DNA from: Tagaea sp.
Lineage (GTDB): Bacteria; Pseudomonadota; Alphaproteobacteria; CACIAM-22H2
Length of the DNA stretch: 64,000 nt
Assembly (NCBI GenBank): GCA_044224405.1
Contig: JBGAKN010000003.1
Location: forward strand, 213,658-277,657
Direction: 5' to 3'
A program made the position numbers and the translations under genes. Below the pieces are notes generated by a model. It was not told the DNA's origin. It worked only from the letters and a program-made list of their open reading frames with translations, and made no database searches. This document shows positions 10,884 to 20,711 of this stretch, piece by piece; positions within the stretch are counted from its first letter, which is position 1; each line of letters begins with the position of its first letter.

Positions 10884-11801
10884 ATGTTTGAAGCGACTTT
10901 CTCCCCCACATTTTCCGAAAGCTTTTTTCCGGAACATATCGTGCACGAAAGCTTCGCCCGAATGCCGCGGCTTGGTCTCGCCACCTTGCCCAGCCGCAGC
11001 CAGTCGACCTTCGGGAAAATCCGCAATCCATTGATCAAGAATACGATGACCAGCCAATCCCACACGCTTCGCCGCCCCGCTTCGACGACCGTCCAGGAAC
11101 TGAAGGCGCGCTTGGCCGCCTTTGGAGATCGGGCACAGACCGGACGCGGGCCTCTCGCGCTCGGGATCGCAGCGATCGATGCAGCTCTGCCTTGGGCCGG
11201 TCTGCCGCGCGGCGCGCTGCACGAGATCGCGGGTGCTTCGAATGATGGCGCCGCCGCCGGCTTTGCCACCGCCCTGCTCGCCCGACTGGCTGGCGACGGG
11301 CCGGTGCTGTGGATCGCGCGCCGCCCGGATCTAAGTGCCGCCGGCCTTGCCGCTCTCGGCCTCGAACCTGCGCGCCTGCTGATCGTCAACGCGCCAAAGC
11401 GGGCTGACGCATTGTGGGCCTTCGAGGAAGCGCTGCGCAATCCGGCACTCGCCGGCGTCGTGGCCGAGATCGACGACGTCGATCTCACGCAATCGCGCCG
11501 CCTGCAGCTCGCGGCCGAGATGGGCGGGACGACGGCATTGCTGCTGCGCCCGCCCGGTGAACTCGAAACGGCGAGTGCCGCGCGCACGCGCTGGCGCGTG
11601 GCCGCGCTTCCGGCCGAGGCACCGGACGGCGAGAGCCGCCGCTGGCGCCTGACGCTCGCACGCGCGCAGGGCGGCAAGCCGGGCGAATGGCGCATCGATC
11701 ACCGCCGCGACGGATGGACGCTTTCCGATGAAGAACGACCGGCGCTTTCTGGCGATCTTCCTGCCGCATCTGCCGACCGACCGGTGCGCGCGGCAGGCTG
11801 A
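10884..11801 (+). CDS. imuA: ImuA (RecA-like SOS mutagenesis protein)
   Basis: GALHEIAG, ALWAFEEALR, SRRLQLAAE, SAARTRWRV; GAAGGAG RBS before 10884 (alternative start near 11046). Confidence 0.88.
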   Translation: MFEATFSPTFSESFFPEHIVHESFARMPRLGLATLPSRSQSTFGKIRNPLIKNTMTSQSHTLRRPASTTVQELKARLAAFGDRAQTGRGPLALGIAAIDAALPWAGLPRGALHEIAGASNDGAAAGFATALLARLAGDGPVLWIARRPDLSAAGLAALGLEPARLLIVNAPKRADALWAFEEALRNPALAGVVAEIDDVDLTQSRRLQLAAEMGGTTALLLRPPGELETASAARTRWRVAALPAEAPDGESRRWRLTLARAQGGKPGEWRIDHRRDGWTLSDEERPALSGDLPAASADRPVRAAG

Positions 11802-13311
11802 CGACGCGAACGATCCGGTCGCCCGCGCGACCTTCACGCCGGTTCAGGGCGGGCTGCAGCTCGCGGCCGTGTGCCCGCGCGCCGCGCACGTAGACCTGCG
11901 CCCCGGCCTGGCGTTGGCCGAAGCACGCGCGCGCGTTCCGGGCCTGCGCGTCGAGCGACATGCCCCCGAAGCAGACCGCGCGCTGTTGCGACGCCTGGCC
12001 GAAGCTGCCCGGCGCTGGTCGCCTGCCGTCGCCCTTGAAGACGACGACGATGGCCTTCGGCTCGACGTCCGCGGTGTCGCCCACCTGTTCGGCGGCGAAG
12101 ACGGACTGCTTGCCGATGTCGCCGCACGCTTCGCACGCCAGCGTCTTGTCGCCCGCATCTGCCTTGCCGACACGCTGGGCGCCGCCTGGGCCGGTGCGCG
12201 CTTTGCGGCCCCCGACATCCGCGGACAGCCTGTCGCCACACGATTTCAGCCAGGCGAGACCCGCGAGGCGATCGCCGGCCTGAAAGTCGCGGGCCTGCGT
12301 TTGCTGCCCGAGGACCTCGCCACGCTCGAAAGGCTCGGCTTGCGCAAGATCGGCGATCTCTATCCGCTGGTCGATATTGCCGGCGGACGCGCCGCCCTCG
12401 CCCGCCGGTTCGGCCCCCTGATCGCGCGCCGCCTGATGCAGGCGCTGGGAGCGGAAGCCGAGCCGCTCGCCCCCGACACTCCATCGGCGGCATTGCGCAC
12501 GCGGCTTTCTTTCGCCGAGCCTGTCAGCGCGCCTGCCGATATCGAACGCGCGGTCGCATGGCTTGCCGGGGAACTCTGCACGCAGCTGGAAGCCGCCGCA
12601 CTTGGTGCGCGCCGTCTTTCGCTGACCTTCCACCGCGTCGATGGCGAGACGACCCGCATCGCGCTCGGCACCAGCCGGCCTTCGCGCGATGCCGCCGCCT
12701 TCCGCCGCCTGTTCGCCGAGCCCATCCAGCGGGTCGATCCGGGTTTCGGCTTCGAGCTTGCCACGCTCGATGCCGAACTCGTCGACGGGCTGGAAGCGGC
12801 ACAGCAACGTTTCGGCCGCATGCTGATGCCCGACGGCGAAGACACGATCGACCAGGCGCCGTTGATCGCGCCGCTCGTCGACCGACTGGCGAACCGGCTC
12901 GGCGCGGCAAACGTGATGCGGTTGACCCATGTCGAAAGCCACCTGCCCGAGCGTGCCCAGGCCTGCGTGGCGCCGCTGTCGCCGCTGCCCGCAAGACTGC
13001 GCGGCGCACGGCCGCCGGCGCGGCTGCGGCCGCTGCGTCTGCTGGCATATCCCGAGCCGATCGACGTCGTCGCTGAACTCCCCGACGCGCCGCCCGCGAT
13101 GTTCCGTTGGCGGCGGCTCGCCCATCATGTCGCCGCGGCAGCAGGGCCAGAGCGCATCGCCGCCGAATGGTGGCGTCGCCAGGGCGAACCGCGCGACTAT
13201 TATCGGCTCGAGGATCGCGATGGGCGGCGCTTCTGGGTCTTTCGCGAAGGCCTGTGGGCATCGGGCCGCGAACGGCCGCCCCGCTGGTACCTGCACGGAC
13301 TGTTCGCGTGA
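11728..13311 (+). CDS. imuB: ImuB (inactive Y-family polymerase)
   Basis: GLALAEARAR, LRLDVRGVAHLFGGE, GPERIAAEWW, RDYYRLED..G.RFWVFR. Confidence 0.9.
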   Translation: MKNDRRFLAIFLPHLPTDRCARQADDANDPVARATFTPVQGGLQLAAVCPRAAHVDLRPGLALAEARARVPGLRVERHAPEADRALLRRLAEAARRWSPAVALEDDDDGLRLDVRGVAHLFGGEDGLLADVAARFARQRLVARICLADTLGAAWAGARFAAPDIRGQPVATRFQPGETREAIAGLKVAGLRLLPEDLATLERLGLRKIGDLYPLVDIAGGRAALARRFGPLIARRLMQALGAEAEPLAPDTPSAALRTRLSFAEPVSAPADIERAVAWLAGELCTQLEAAALGARRLSLTFHRVDGETTRIALGTSRPSRDAAAFRRLFAEPIQRVDPGFGFELATLDAELVDGLEAAQQRFGRMLMPDGEDTIDQAPLIAPLVDRLANRLGAANVMRLTHVESHLPERAQACVAPLSPLPARLRGARPPARLRPLRLLAYPEPIDVVAELPDAPPAMFRWRRLAHHVAAAAGPERIAAEWWRRQGEPRDYYRLEDRDGRRFWVFREGLWASGRERPPRWYLHGLFA

Positions 13312-16300
13312 GCGACGTGCGTCGCGCCCCGCCTTCCGGTTACGCCGAATTGCAGGTCACCACCAATTTCAGCTTCCTGCGCGGCGCCTCGCACCCGCAC
13401 GAATACGTGCAGCGGGCAAAGGAGCTCGGCCTTGCCGCGATCGGCATCGCCGATCATGCGAGCTTCGCTGGAATCGTGCGCGCACACGCCGCGGCCAAGG
13501 AAGCAGATATGCGCCTCCTCGTCGGCGTGCGCCTTGAGCCGCTGGGCGGCCCGCCGCTGCTCTGCTATCCCAAGGACAAGCGTGGTTATGCGATCCTGTC
13601 GCGATTGATCACGCGCGGTCGCCAGCGTGCGGGTCACGGGCAAGGCTGCAAGATCGACCTTGCCGAGTTGGGCGAATGCGCCGGACGGGTGATCGTCATC
13701 GCCCTCGAGACGGAGGGGCTTGGAGAAGCCGCCCGCCTGTTCGGGCGCGACACATATCTGGCCGCAAGCTTCCGCTATCACGGCGACGACCATGTCGAGA
13801 TCGCGCGGCGCGAAGCCGCCGCACGGGCCGCCCGCATCCGTCTCGTCGCGACCAACGACGTGCACGCCCATGTCGACGAACGCCGTGCATTGCAGGACGT
13901 GCTGACCTGCATCCGGGAAGGCTGCACGATCGACGCGGCCGGCTATCGCCTGCACGTCAATGCAGAGCGCCATCTGAAGGCGCCGGCCGAGATGGCGCGC
14001 CTTTTCAAACGCTGGCCCGACGCGCTCACCGCCACGCTCGACGTCGCCGCCACATGCCGCTTCTCGCTCGACGAGCTGCGCTACGATTATCCCGACCTTC
14101 CCGACGCCGAGCCGGGCAGCGCGCAGGCGACACTGGCGCGTCTTGCCTACGAGGGCGCCAAGAAGCGCTATCCCGATGGCGTGCCCGAAAAGATACCCCG
14201 GCAGATCGCCGATGAACTCGCGATCATCGGCGATCTCGGCTTCGCTCCCTATTTCCTCACCGTGCACGACATCATGGAATTCGCGCGCGCGCGCGGCATC
14301 CTGTGCCAGGGACGCGGATCCGCCGCCAATTCGACCGTGTGCTTCTGCCTCTACATCACGGAAGTGGATCCGGCGCATACCGACCTGCTGTTCGCGCGGT
14401 TCGTCTCGCCCGAACGCCACGAACCGCCCGACATCGACGTCGATTTCGAGCATGAGCGGCGCGAAGAAGTGATCCAGTACGTCTACTCGCGCTATGGCCG
14501 GGAGCGCGCCGGCCTTGCCGCCACGGTGATTTCCTTCCGCATGCGTTCGGCCCTGCGCGAGGTCGGCAAGGCCCTCGGCGTCGGCACCGACGTGACGCAG
14601 GCGCTGGCCGGCACGGTCTGGGGACGCAGCGGGAACGGCGTCGAAGACGCGCATATCCGCGAAGTCGGCATCGAGCCGGACGAGCCGCGCCTGCGCACGC
14701 TGCTGGCGCTGGCGCAGGCGCTGATCGGCTTTCCGCGCCATCTGTCGCAGCATGTCGGCGGCTTCGTCATCGCGCGCGGCCGGCTCGACGAGATATGCCC
14801 GATCGTCGATGCGGCGATGGACAACCGCACGCTCGTCGAGTGGGACAAGGACGATCTCGACGCGCTCGGCATCCTGAAGATCGACCTTCTGGCGCTCGGC
14901 ATGCTGACCTGCATCCGCAAGGGATTCGAACTGGTCGCGCGGACCGGCGGGCCACGGCTCGGCCTGGCCGGCGTGCCGCGCGAGGATCCGGCCGTCTACG
15001 ACATGCTCTGCAAGGCGGATGCGATCGGCGTCTTCCAGGTGGAGAGCCGCGCGCAGATGAGCATGTTGCCGCGCCTTCGCCCGAGACGCTTCTACGATCT
15101 CGTCATCCAGGTCGCGATCGTTCGTCCGGGTCCCATCCAGGGCGACATGGTCCACCCGTATCTGCGCCGGCGGCGCGGCGAGGAAAAGATCGAGTTTCCC
15201 TCGCGCGAACTCGAACAGGTGCTGGGCAAGACATGCGGCGTGCCGCTGTTCCAGGAGCAGGCGATGAGCATCGCCATCGTCGCGGCCGGGTTCACGCCGG
15301 CCGAGGCCGATGCGCTGCGTCGCGCGATGGCGACGTTCAAGCGCTCGGGCCTGATCGGAAAATTCCAGACGAAGATGGTCGAGGGTATGGTTTCGCGCGG
15401 CTATACGCGCGACTTCGCCGAACGCTGCTTCGAACAGATCAAGGGCTTCAGCACCTACGGATTTCCCGAAAGCCACGCCGCGTCGTTCGCGATCCTTGTC
15501 TACGTGTCGGCCTGGCTCAAATGCCATCACCCGGCTGCATTTGCCGCCGCCCTGCTGAACAGCCAGCCGATGGGCTTCTACGCGCCTGCCCAGATTGTGC
15601 GCGACGCGCAGGCGCATGGCGTCATCGTCCATCCGCCCTGCGTCAACGAAAGCGTCTGGGACTGCACGCTCGACGATGCGCGCACGATGCGGCTGGGCCT
15701 GCGGCAGATAAACGGATTCTCGCACGAGGCATGCGACACGCTCGTCGCGGCACGGCCGGCCGGCGGCTATGGCGGCCCCGCCGATCTTGCACGACGCGCG
15801 CGGCTCGATCGCGGAAGTCTCGATGCGCTCGCGCGCGCGGATGCGTTCGCGGCGTGCGGCTTCGAGCGGCGCCCCGCACTCTGGCAGACCGGCTTGCGGG
15901 ACGAGACGGTGCTGCCGCTGTTCGAGCGTCTGGTGCCGGCGGATGCGCGGATCGAATTGCCGTCAATGACGTTAGGCGAAGCGGTCTCCGAGGATTACGC
16001 GCACCTGCGCCTGTCGCTGAAGGCGCATCCGATGGCGCTGCTACGGCGTCATTTCCCCCGCGAGATGCCGTGCGCCGATCTCGTTCATGCGAAAGACGGC
16101 GCGCGCATCTCCCTCGCCGGCATCGTGCTGCTGCGCCAGCGTCCGGGGACGGCGAAGGGCACGATCTTCGTCACGCTCGAAGACGAAGGCGGAGCCGCCA
16201 ACCTGATCGTCTGGCCCAAGGTGTTCGAGGCATACCGATCGATCATGATGGGCGCGCGCCTGATGCGCATCGAGGGACATGTGCAGCGCCAGGGCGACGT

Positions 16301-16424
16301 GATCCATATCGTCACGCGCAGGCTCGCGGACCGTTCGGCGCTGCTCGGCACGCTCGTCGACGGCACGGCGCACGCGCACGAAGCGCCGCCGCACGCGCAC
16401 TACCCGTCGCGCGATTTCCACTGA
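13308..16424 (+). CDS. dnaE2: error-prone DNA polymerase DnaE2 (ImuC)
   Basis: GTG start overlapping imuB stop; YAELQVTTNFSFLRGAS, CQGRGSAANS, PPDIDVDFEH, YGFPESHA, C-terminal SRDFH. Confidence 0.96.
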   Translation: MSDVRRAPPSGYAELQVTTNFSFLRGASHPHEYVQRAKELGLAAIGIADHASFAGIVRAHAAAKEADMRLLVGVRLEPLGGPPLLCYPKDKRGYAILSRLITRGRQRAGHGQGCKIDLAELGECAGRVIVIALETEGLGEAARLFGRDTYLAASFRYHGDDHVEIARREAAARAARIRLVATNDVHAHVDERRALQDVLTCIREGCTIDAAGYRLHVNAERHLKAPAEMARLFKRWPDALTATLDVAATCRFSLDELRYDYPDLPDAEPGSAQATLARLAYEGAKKRYPDGVPEKIPRQIADELAIIGDLGFAPYFLTVHDIMEFARARGILCQGRGSAANSTVCFCLYITEVDPAHTDLLFARFVSPERHEPPDIDVDFEHERREEVIQYVYSRYGRERAGLAATVISFRMRSALREVGKALGVGTDVTQALAGTVWGRSGNGVEDAHIREVGIEPDEPRLRTLLALAQALIGFPRHLSQHVGGFVIARGRLDEICPIVDAAMDNRTLVEWDKDDLDALGILKIDLLALGMLTCIRKGFELVARTGGPRLGLAGVPREDPAVYDMLCKADAIGVFQVESRAQMSMLPRLRPRRFYDLVIQVAIVRPGPIQGDMVHPYLRRRRGEEKIEFPSRELEQVLGKTCGVPLFQEQAMSIAIVAAGFTPAEADALRRAMATFKRSGLIGKFQTKMVEGMVSRGYTRDFAERCFEQIKGFSTYGFPESHAASFAILVYVSAWLKCHHPAAFAAALLNSQPMGFYAPAQIVRDAQAHGVIVHPPCVNESVWDCTLDDARTMRLGLRQINGFSHEACDTLVAARPAGGYGGPADLARRARLDRGSLDALARADAFAACGFERRPALWQTGLRDETVLPLFERLVPADARIELPSMTLGEAVSEDYAHLRLSLKAHPMALLRRHFPREMPCADLVHAKDGARISLAGIVLLRQRPGTAKGTIFVTLEDEGGAANLIVWPKVFEAYRSIMMGARLMRIEGHVQRQGDVIHIVTRRLADRSALLGTLVDGTAHAHEAPPHAHYPSRDFH

Positions 16425-16754
16425 TCAGTCGACGATGAAAAGCGTGGCGCCGGTCGACGTGCGCGATCGATGCGCCTCGGCGCCGTCCGCGACCTGATAG
16501 CTGTGGCCCGGCGTCATGCGGAATTTCCGGCCATCGGCGAGTTCGGTTTCGAGCTCGCCCGAAAGAACGAGCAGCACATGCCCCTTCTGGCACCAGTGGT
16601 CGGCGCTGTAACCGGGCGAATACTCGACCATACGCACGCGGATATCCGCGAAGTGGCGCGTGCGCCAATGCGCCACGCCGGTCTCGCCCTTGTGTTCCGT
16701 GCGCTCGACGCCCGACCAGTCCAGCGTGGCGAAAGGGATGTTCTTCATTTCCAT
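16425..16754 (-). CDS. DHCW-motif cupin fold protein
   Basis: IRVRMVEYSPGYSADHWCQKGH, GAEAHRS, GATLFIVD. Confidence 0.85.
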   Translation of the reverse strand: MEMKNIPFATLDWSGVERTEHKGETGVAHWRTRHFADIRVRMVEYSPGYSADHWCQKGHVLLVLSGELETELADGRKFRMTPGHSYQVADGAEAHRSRTSTGATLFIVD

Positions 16755-16845
16755 CGCACGATCCTAGCGTGTCGAGTCGTGCTTGGGCGACTCGGAAGCG
16801 ATGTGAGACGGTGCCTGTGGATATCCCGAATCGACTTGGTGACTC

Positions 16846-17916
16846 ATGGCCTTGCGCACCTTCTCCACAGCCCTGATCCTGCTTCTCTCAGCCGCAACGG
16901 CGCAGGCTCAGAAGCAGCCCGACTACCTCGACGGCATCTATGTCGGCGGCAGCATCGGCGTGCACAAGCCTCAGAACTCGAATGTAAGCCGCACCGGACA
17001 GACCACGAGCATCAAGATCGGCACAGGCATCGCAGGAGCCGCCGCCGTCGGATACGGCTTCGGCAACGGCCTACGCACGGAACTGGAACTTGGTCAGCGT
17101 GCGGGCAGCGTCAGCGGTGCGCCCGGGGTCGGCGGAAGGCTCGACGTCACGAGCCTCATGGGCAACGTCCTCTACGACATCGCGACTGGTGGATCGGTCA
17201 TCCCCTATTTCGGCGCCGGCGTGGGTGGCGCACGCGTGCGCGCGAAGGATGTCGGCCCCGATCTCGGCAGCGCGTTCGTTTCGGGAACGGACAACGTCTT
17301 CGCCTATCAGGGGATCGCAGGGCTCGATTTCCGCATCGACGACAACATGGCTCTGGGCGCGAGCTACCGCTATTTCGCGACACAGTCGGCGAGCATCACG
17401 AGCACGGCCGGCGACAAGGCGTCGGTTCCATATCGCGATCATTCGGTCCTGCTCGGCATCCGCTACGCGTTCAATCCGACGCTTGCCGTCCCGGCTGCAA
17501 CGCCAGTCGCGTTGGCACAGCCCGTTGCGACTCCGCCCCCCGCGCCGGCACCGGCTCCTCCGCTGGCGGCTGCGACCGTCGTCGGACCGCGCGCCTTCAC
17601 GGTCTTCTTCGACTTCAACAAGTCGAACATCTCGGATGACGCGAACCGCGTACTCGTCCAGGCGGCTGAGTCCGCCAAGACCGGTGCTTTCACCCGCATC
17701 CGCGCGACCGGCCACACCGATACGGTCGGCACGCCGCGCTACAACATGGCTCTGTCGATCCGCCGCGCGAACGCCGTCCGGGACGTCCTCGTCCGCGAGG
17801 GAATTCCGGCTACACAAATTGTTGTCATTGGTCGCGGAGAGACCCAGCTTCTGGTTCCGACCCCAGATCAGGTCAACGAGCCGCGCAACAGGCGTGTCGA
17901 AATCGTTATAGAATAA
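16846..17916 (+). CDS. OmpA-family outer membrane protein (beta-barrel + Pro/Ala linker + peptidoglycan-binding domain)
   Basis: Signal peptide, aromatic-alternating strands ending GIRYAF, VFFDFNKS, GHTDTVG..YNMALS.RRA, NRRVEI. Confidence 0.92.
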   Translation: MALRTFSTALILLLSAATAQAQKQPDYLDGIYVGGSIGVHKPQNSNVSRTGQTTSIKIGTGIAGAAAVGYGFGNGLRTELELGQRAGSVSGAPGVGGRLDVTSLMGNVLYDIATGGSVIPYFGAGVGGARVRAKDVGPDLGSAFVSGTDNVFAYQGIAGLDFRIDDNMALGASYRYFATQSASITSTAGDKASVPYRDHSVLLGIRYAFNPTLAVPAATPVALAQPVATPPPAPAPAPPLAAATVVGPRAFTVFFDFNKSNISDDANRVLVQAAESAKTGAFTRIRATGHTDTVGTPRYNMALSIRRANAVRDVLVREGIPATQIVVIGRGETQLLVPTPDQVNEPRNRRVEIVIE

Positions 17917-18106
17917 AGACTTACGTGATTTTTCTCGTTTAAAATTGAAGCCTCAACAGCGTGTGCCTTTTGCGCCACAGCGGCTCACTAAATACTAAAT
18001 CCTCCCCCCCAGATCCGCGTAGATCATGCTATCTACTGATCAACCGATTCTGGCTCGGCTGAATTTCGCGCGAGCTACTGCACTCGACTTCAAAGGGAAC
18101 CGTCAC

Positions 18107-19216
18107 ATGCGTCTTCGCTCCGCACTGCTCTCTGCCGCAACTCTTCTCGCGTTGGCTGCGCCCGCAGCCGCGCAGAGCACATCCGGTTTCTACATCGGCG
18201 GTGCTGGTGGCGCGAACTGGCTGCAGGACCAGGGCGGCAGCACGAGCCCGGCGGTCGCGTCGATCAGCACGGACTACAAGACCGGCTACGGACTTCTTGG
18301 CGCCCTCGGCTACGGCTACGGCAACGGGTGGCGCACGGAACTCGAGCTCAACTGGCGCAAGAACAACGTCGATACGCTCAAGCGCAATGGCGGCGCCCTA
18401 ACCGGCCCCGGCGGCGACCTCTCCCAGCTCGGCGTTTTCGGCAACATGCTCTATGACTTCAATGTCGGCATGCCGATCACCCCTTATCTCGGCCTTGGGC
18501 TTGGTTGGCTGCGTTCGTCCGCGACACTCAAGGGCAATGGCATCACTGCCGTGGACGACACCGACAATCTGGCCGGCTACCAGCTGATTGCAGGCGCATC
18601 CTACCCGATCGCAAATCAGCTTAAGCTGACGCTCGACTACCGCTTCATGTCGACGTTCCAGAAGCCTGAATACAGCACGACGGCCGCATACCGTGCGGCC
18701 TTCGCCGGCGAAAACACGATTACGGTGGATCGCCCGCTGAATCATGCAATCATGATCGGCCTGCGCTACGAATTCGGCGCGCCTGCACGTCCGGCTCCCG
18801 CAGCCCCCGTCGCGACCCCGGTCGCGGCGCCGGCGCCCGCGCCGGCCCCCGCTCCGGCTCCGGCCCCCGCGCCGGCACCGCAGATCCAGCGGAACTTCCT
18901 CGTGTTCTTCGACTTCAACCAGTCCGCGATCACGCCGGAAGCCGGCCGCATCATCCAGCAGGCCGCGACGACCGCCAAGCAGGGCAGCGTGACGCGCATC
19001 ACGGCAACGGGGCACACCGACACGTCGGGCACGCCGCAGTACAACCAGCGCCTCTCGGAGCGTCGTGCAGCCGCCGTCCAGGCCGAACTCGTCCGCCAGG
19101 GCATCCCGGCGAACCAGATCGTCACCATCGGTCGCGGCGAAAGCGAACTGCGCGTGCGCACCGCCGACGGCGTGCGCGAGCCGCAGAACCGCCGCGTCGA
19201 GATCGTTCTCCAGTAA
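18107..19216 (+). CDS. second OmpA-family outer membrane protein
   Basis: Signal peptide, barrel ending GLRYEF, (AP)n linker, VFFDFNQS, GHTDTSG..YNQRLSERRA, NRRVEI. Confidence 0.92.
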   Translation: MRLRSALLSAATLLALAAPAAAQSTSGFYIGGAGGANWLQDQGGSTSPAVASISTDYKTGYGLLGALGYGYGNGWRTELELNWRKNNVDTLKRNGGALTGPGGDLSQLGVFGNMLYDFNVGMPITPYLGLGLGWLRSSATLKGNGITAVDDTDNLAGYQLIAGASYPIANQLKLTLDYRFMSTFQKPEYSTTAAYRAAFAGENTITVDRPLNHAIMIGLRYEFGAPARPAPAAPVATPVAAPAPAPAPAPAPAPAPAPQIQRNFLVFFDFNQSAITPEAGRIIQQAATTAKQGSVTRITATGHTDTSGTPQYNQRLSERRAAAVQAELVRQGIPANQIVTIGRGESELRVRTADGVREPQNRRVEIVLQ

Positions 19217-19241
19217 CGCTCCCGGCCTCGGCCGGAACGAC

Positions 19242-19270
19242 AAAGGGCCGGTCGAGAGACCGGCCCTTTT
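19242..19270. terminator. bidirectional intrinsic terminator
   Basis: AAAGGGCCGGTC-GAGA-GACCGGCCCTTTT between convergent genes. Confidence 0.8.
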
Positions 19271-19292
19271 CATTTGCGTCATCCAGAAGCGA

Positions 19293-19793
19293 TCAGCGCG
19301 CCAGGGCGAATTGCATGGCCGGGTCGCGGCCGCAGAGTTCACCGAAGCGCTCGCCGTGCTTGGCCCGCTCCTCAACCGCCTCGCCCAGCTTGCCGCGCTC
19401 GATGCGCACGACGCTGGCGAACAGCTCATGCGTGTCGGCACAGAAGGTTGGATTCGCCATCGAGCGGTTCGACGCGTCATTGGCCAGCGCCGTCGTGAAC
19501 GTGTCGTAGCGACGCTGCGGGTTGCCGCCACCGACGCGCCCAAAGTGCTGCTGGATGATCTTGTTGTAGCGCTGGAGCTCGGCCGAATGGCGCTCCACGA
19601 ACGCGTTGTAACCCGCACTCTGGTCAACCTGGCGCAGGCACGACAAGGTCGCGACCATCAGTTCGGTCTGCATGACCCGGGCCTTGACCGCGATGGCTTC
19701 CTCGCGCGTCAGGCAGGCCTGCTGGGAAAATGCCGTCCCGGCCCCGACGGTCAGGGCGACAGCAGCGACGGCGCTCGCAAGTCCAAAACGCAA
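19293..19793 (-). CDS. secreted hypothetical protein with 4 Cys
   Basis: TTG start after GGAGG; signal peptide ending AFS/QQAC; ELMVATLSC, YNAFV, FTTALAN, FCA. Confidence 0.7.
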   Translation of the reverse strand: MRFGLASAVAAVALTVGAGTAFSQQACLTREEAIAVKARVMQTELMVATLSCLRQVDQSAGYNAFVERHSAELQRYNKIIQQHFGRVGGGNPQRRYDTFTTALANDASNRSMANPTFCADTHELFASVVRIERGKLGEAVEERAKHGERFGELCGRDPAMQFALAR

Positions 19794-19910
19794 TTCTGCC
19801 TCCGTCGAAATCGACTTCGCACTTATATATGAAGCGGCGCCCCATCCGAACAGAAAATCCGGAGCCGCTAGGTGCTTCGTAAATCTGGAAAATCCGACAT
19901 AATCGGCAGC

Positions 19911-20711
19911 ATGGACATCGGAATCGTCGGACTCGGCGCCATCGGCGGCAAAGTCGCGGGCATGCTTGCCGCCGGCCGGCCGCACCTGCGACTCGTCGGC
20001 GTGACGGGCCGCGACCCTGCAAAGACGGTCCGCGACGCCGCGCGTCTCGGCCCCGACGTCGCGGTCCTGCCTCTTGCCGAGCTCGTCAAGCGATGCGACG
20101 TCGTCGTCGATTGCGCGACCTCGGCTTCGCTTCGCGATGTCGCCCTTGCCACCTTCGGCGAAAAGCGGACGCTGGTAACCGTCAACGCCGCGGCGCTTCT
20201 CGAAAATCCGGATCTGGCCGACATGGCCGAAGCGACCGGCGCTAGGCTGATCGTCGCGACCGGCGCACTACTCGCCCTCGATGCGGTCGCTGCGGCGGCG
20301 CTTGGCGAAATACGCCGGGTGACGATGCGCAATCGCAAGCCGCCGCGCGGCCTCGCAGGCGCGCCCTATGTCGTCGCGACGGGAATCGACCTCGAAGCGA
20401 TCCGCGAGCCCACCTGCATCTTCAGCGGCTCGGCTCGGGAAGCTGCCCGAGGATTTCCCGCCAACGTCAATGTCGCAGCGGCACTGAGCCTTGCGGGAAT
20501 CGGCCCGGACCGCACCGAGGTCGAGATCTGGGCAGATCCGACGATCGCGCGGAACGTCCACGAATTCGACCTCGTCTCCGACAGCGTCACGCTCTCGGTC
20601 CGCACCGAAGGTCTGCCCTCGCCCGACAATCCCAAGACGAGCGCCATTGTTCCGCTGTCGGTCGTCGCCACGCTTGATCGGCTCGCCGGCAGCGTCAGGA
20701 TCGGGACGTAA
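19911..20711 (+). CDS. nadX: L-aspartate dehydrogenase family protein
   Basis: IGIVGLGAIG Rossmann motif, FPANVNVAAALSLAG, NPKTS. Confidence 0.75.
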   Translation: MDIGIVGLGAIGGKVAGMLAAGRPHLRLVGVTGRDPAKTVRDAARLGPDVAVLPLAELVKRCDVVVDCATSASLRDVALATFGEKRTLVTVNAAALLENPDLADMAEATGARLIVATGALLALDAVAAAALGEIRRVTMRNRKPPRGLAGAPYVVATGIDLEAIREPTCIFSGSAREAARGFPANVNVAAALSLAGIGPDRTEVEIWADPTIARNVHEFDLVSDSVTLSVRTEGLPSPDNPKTSAIVPLSVVATLDRLAGSVRIGT

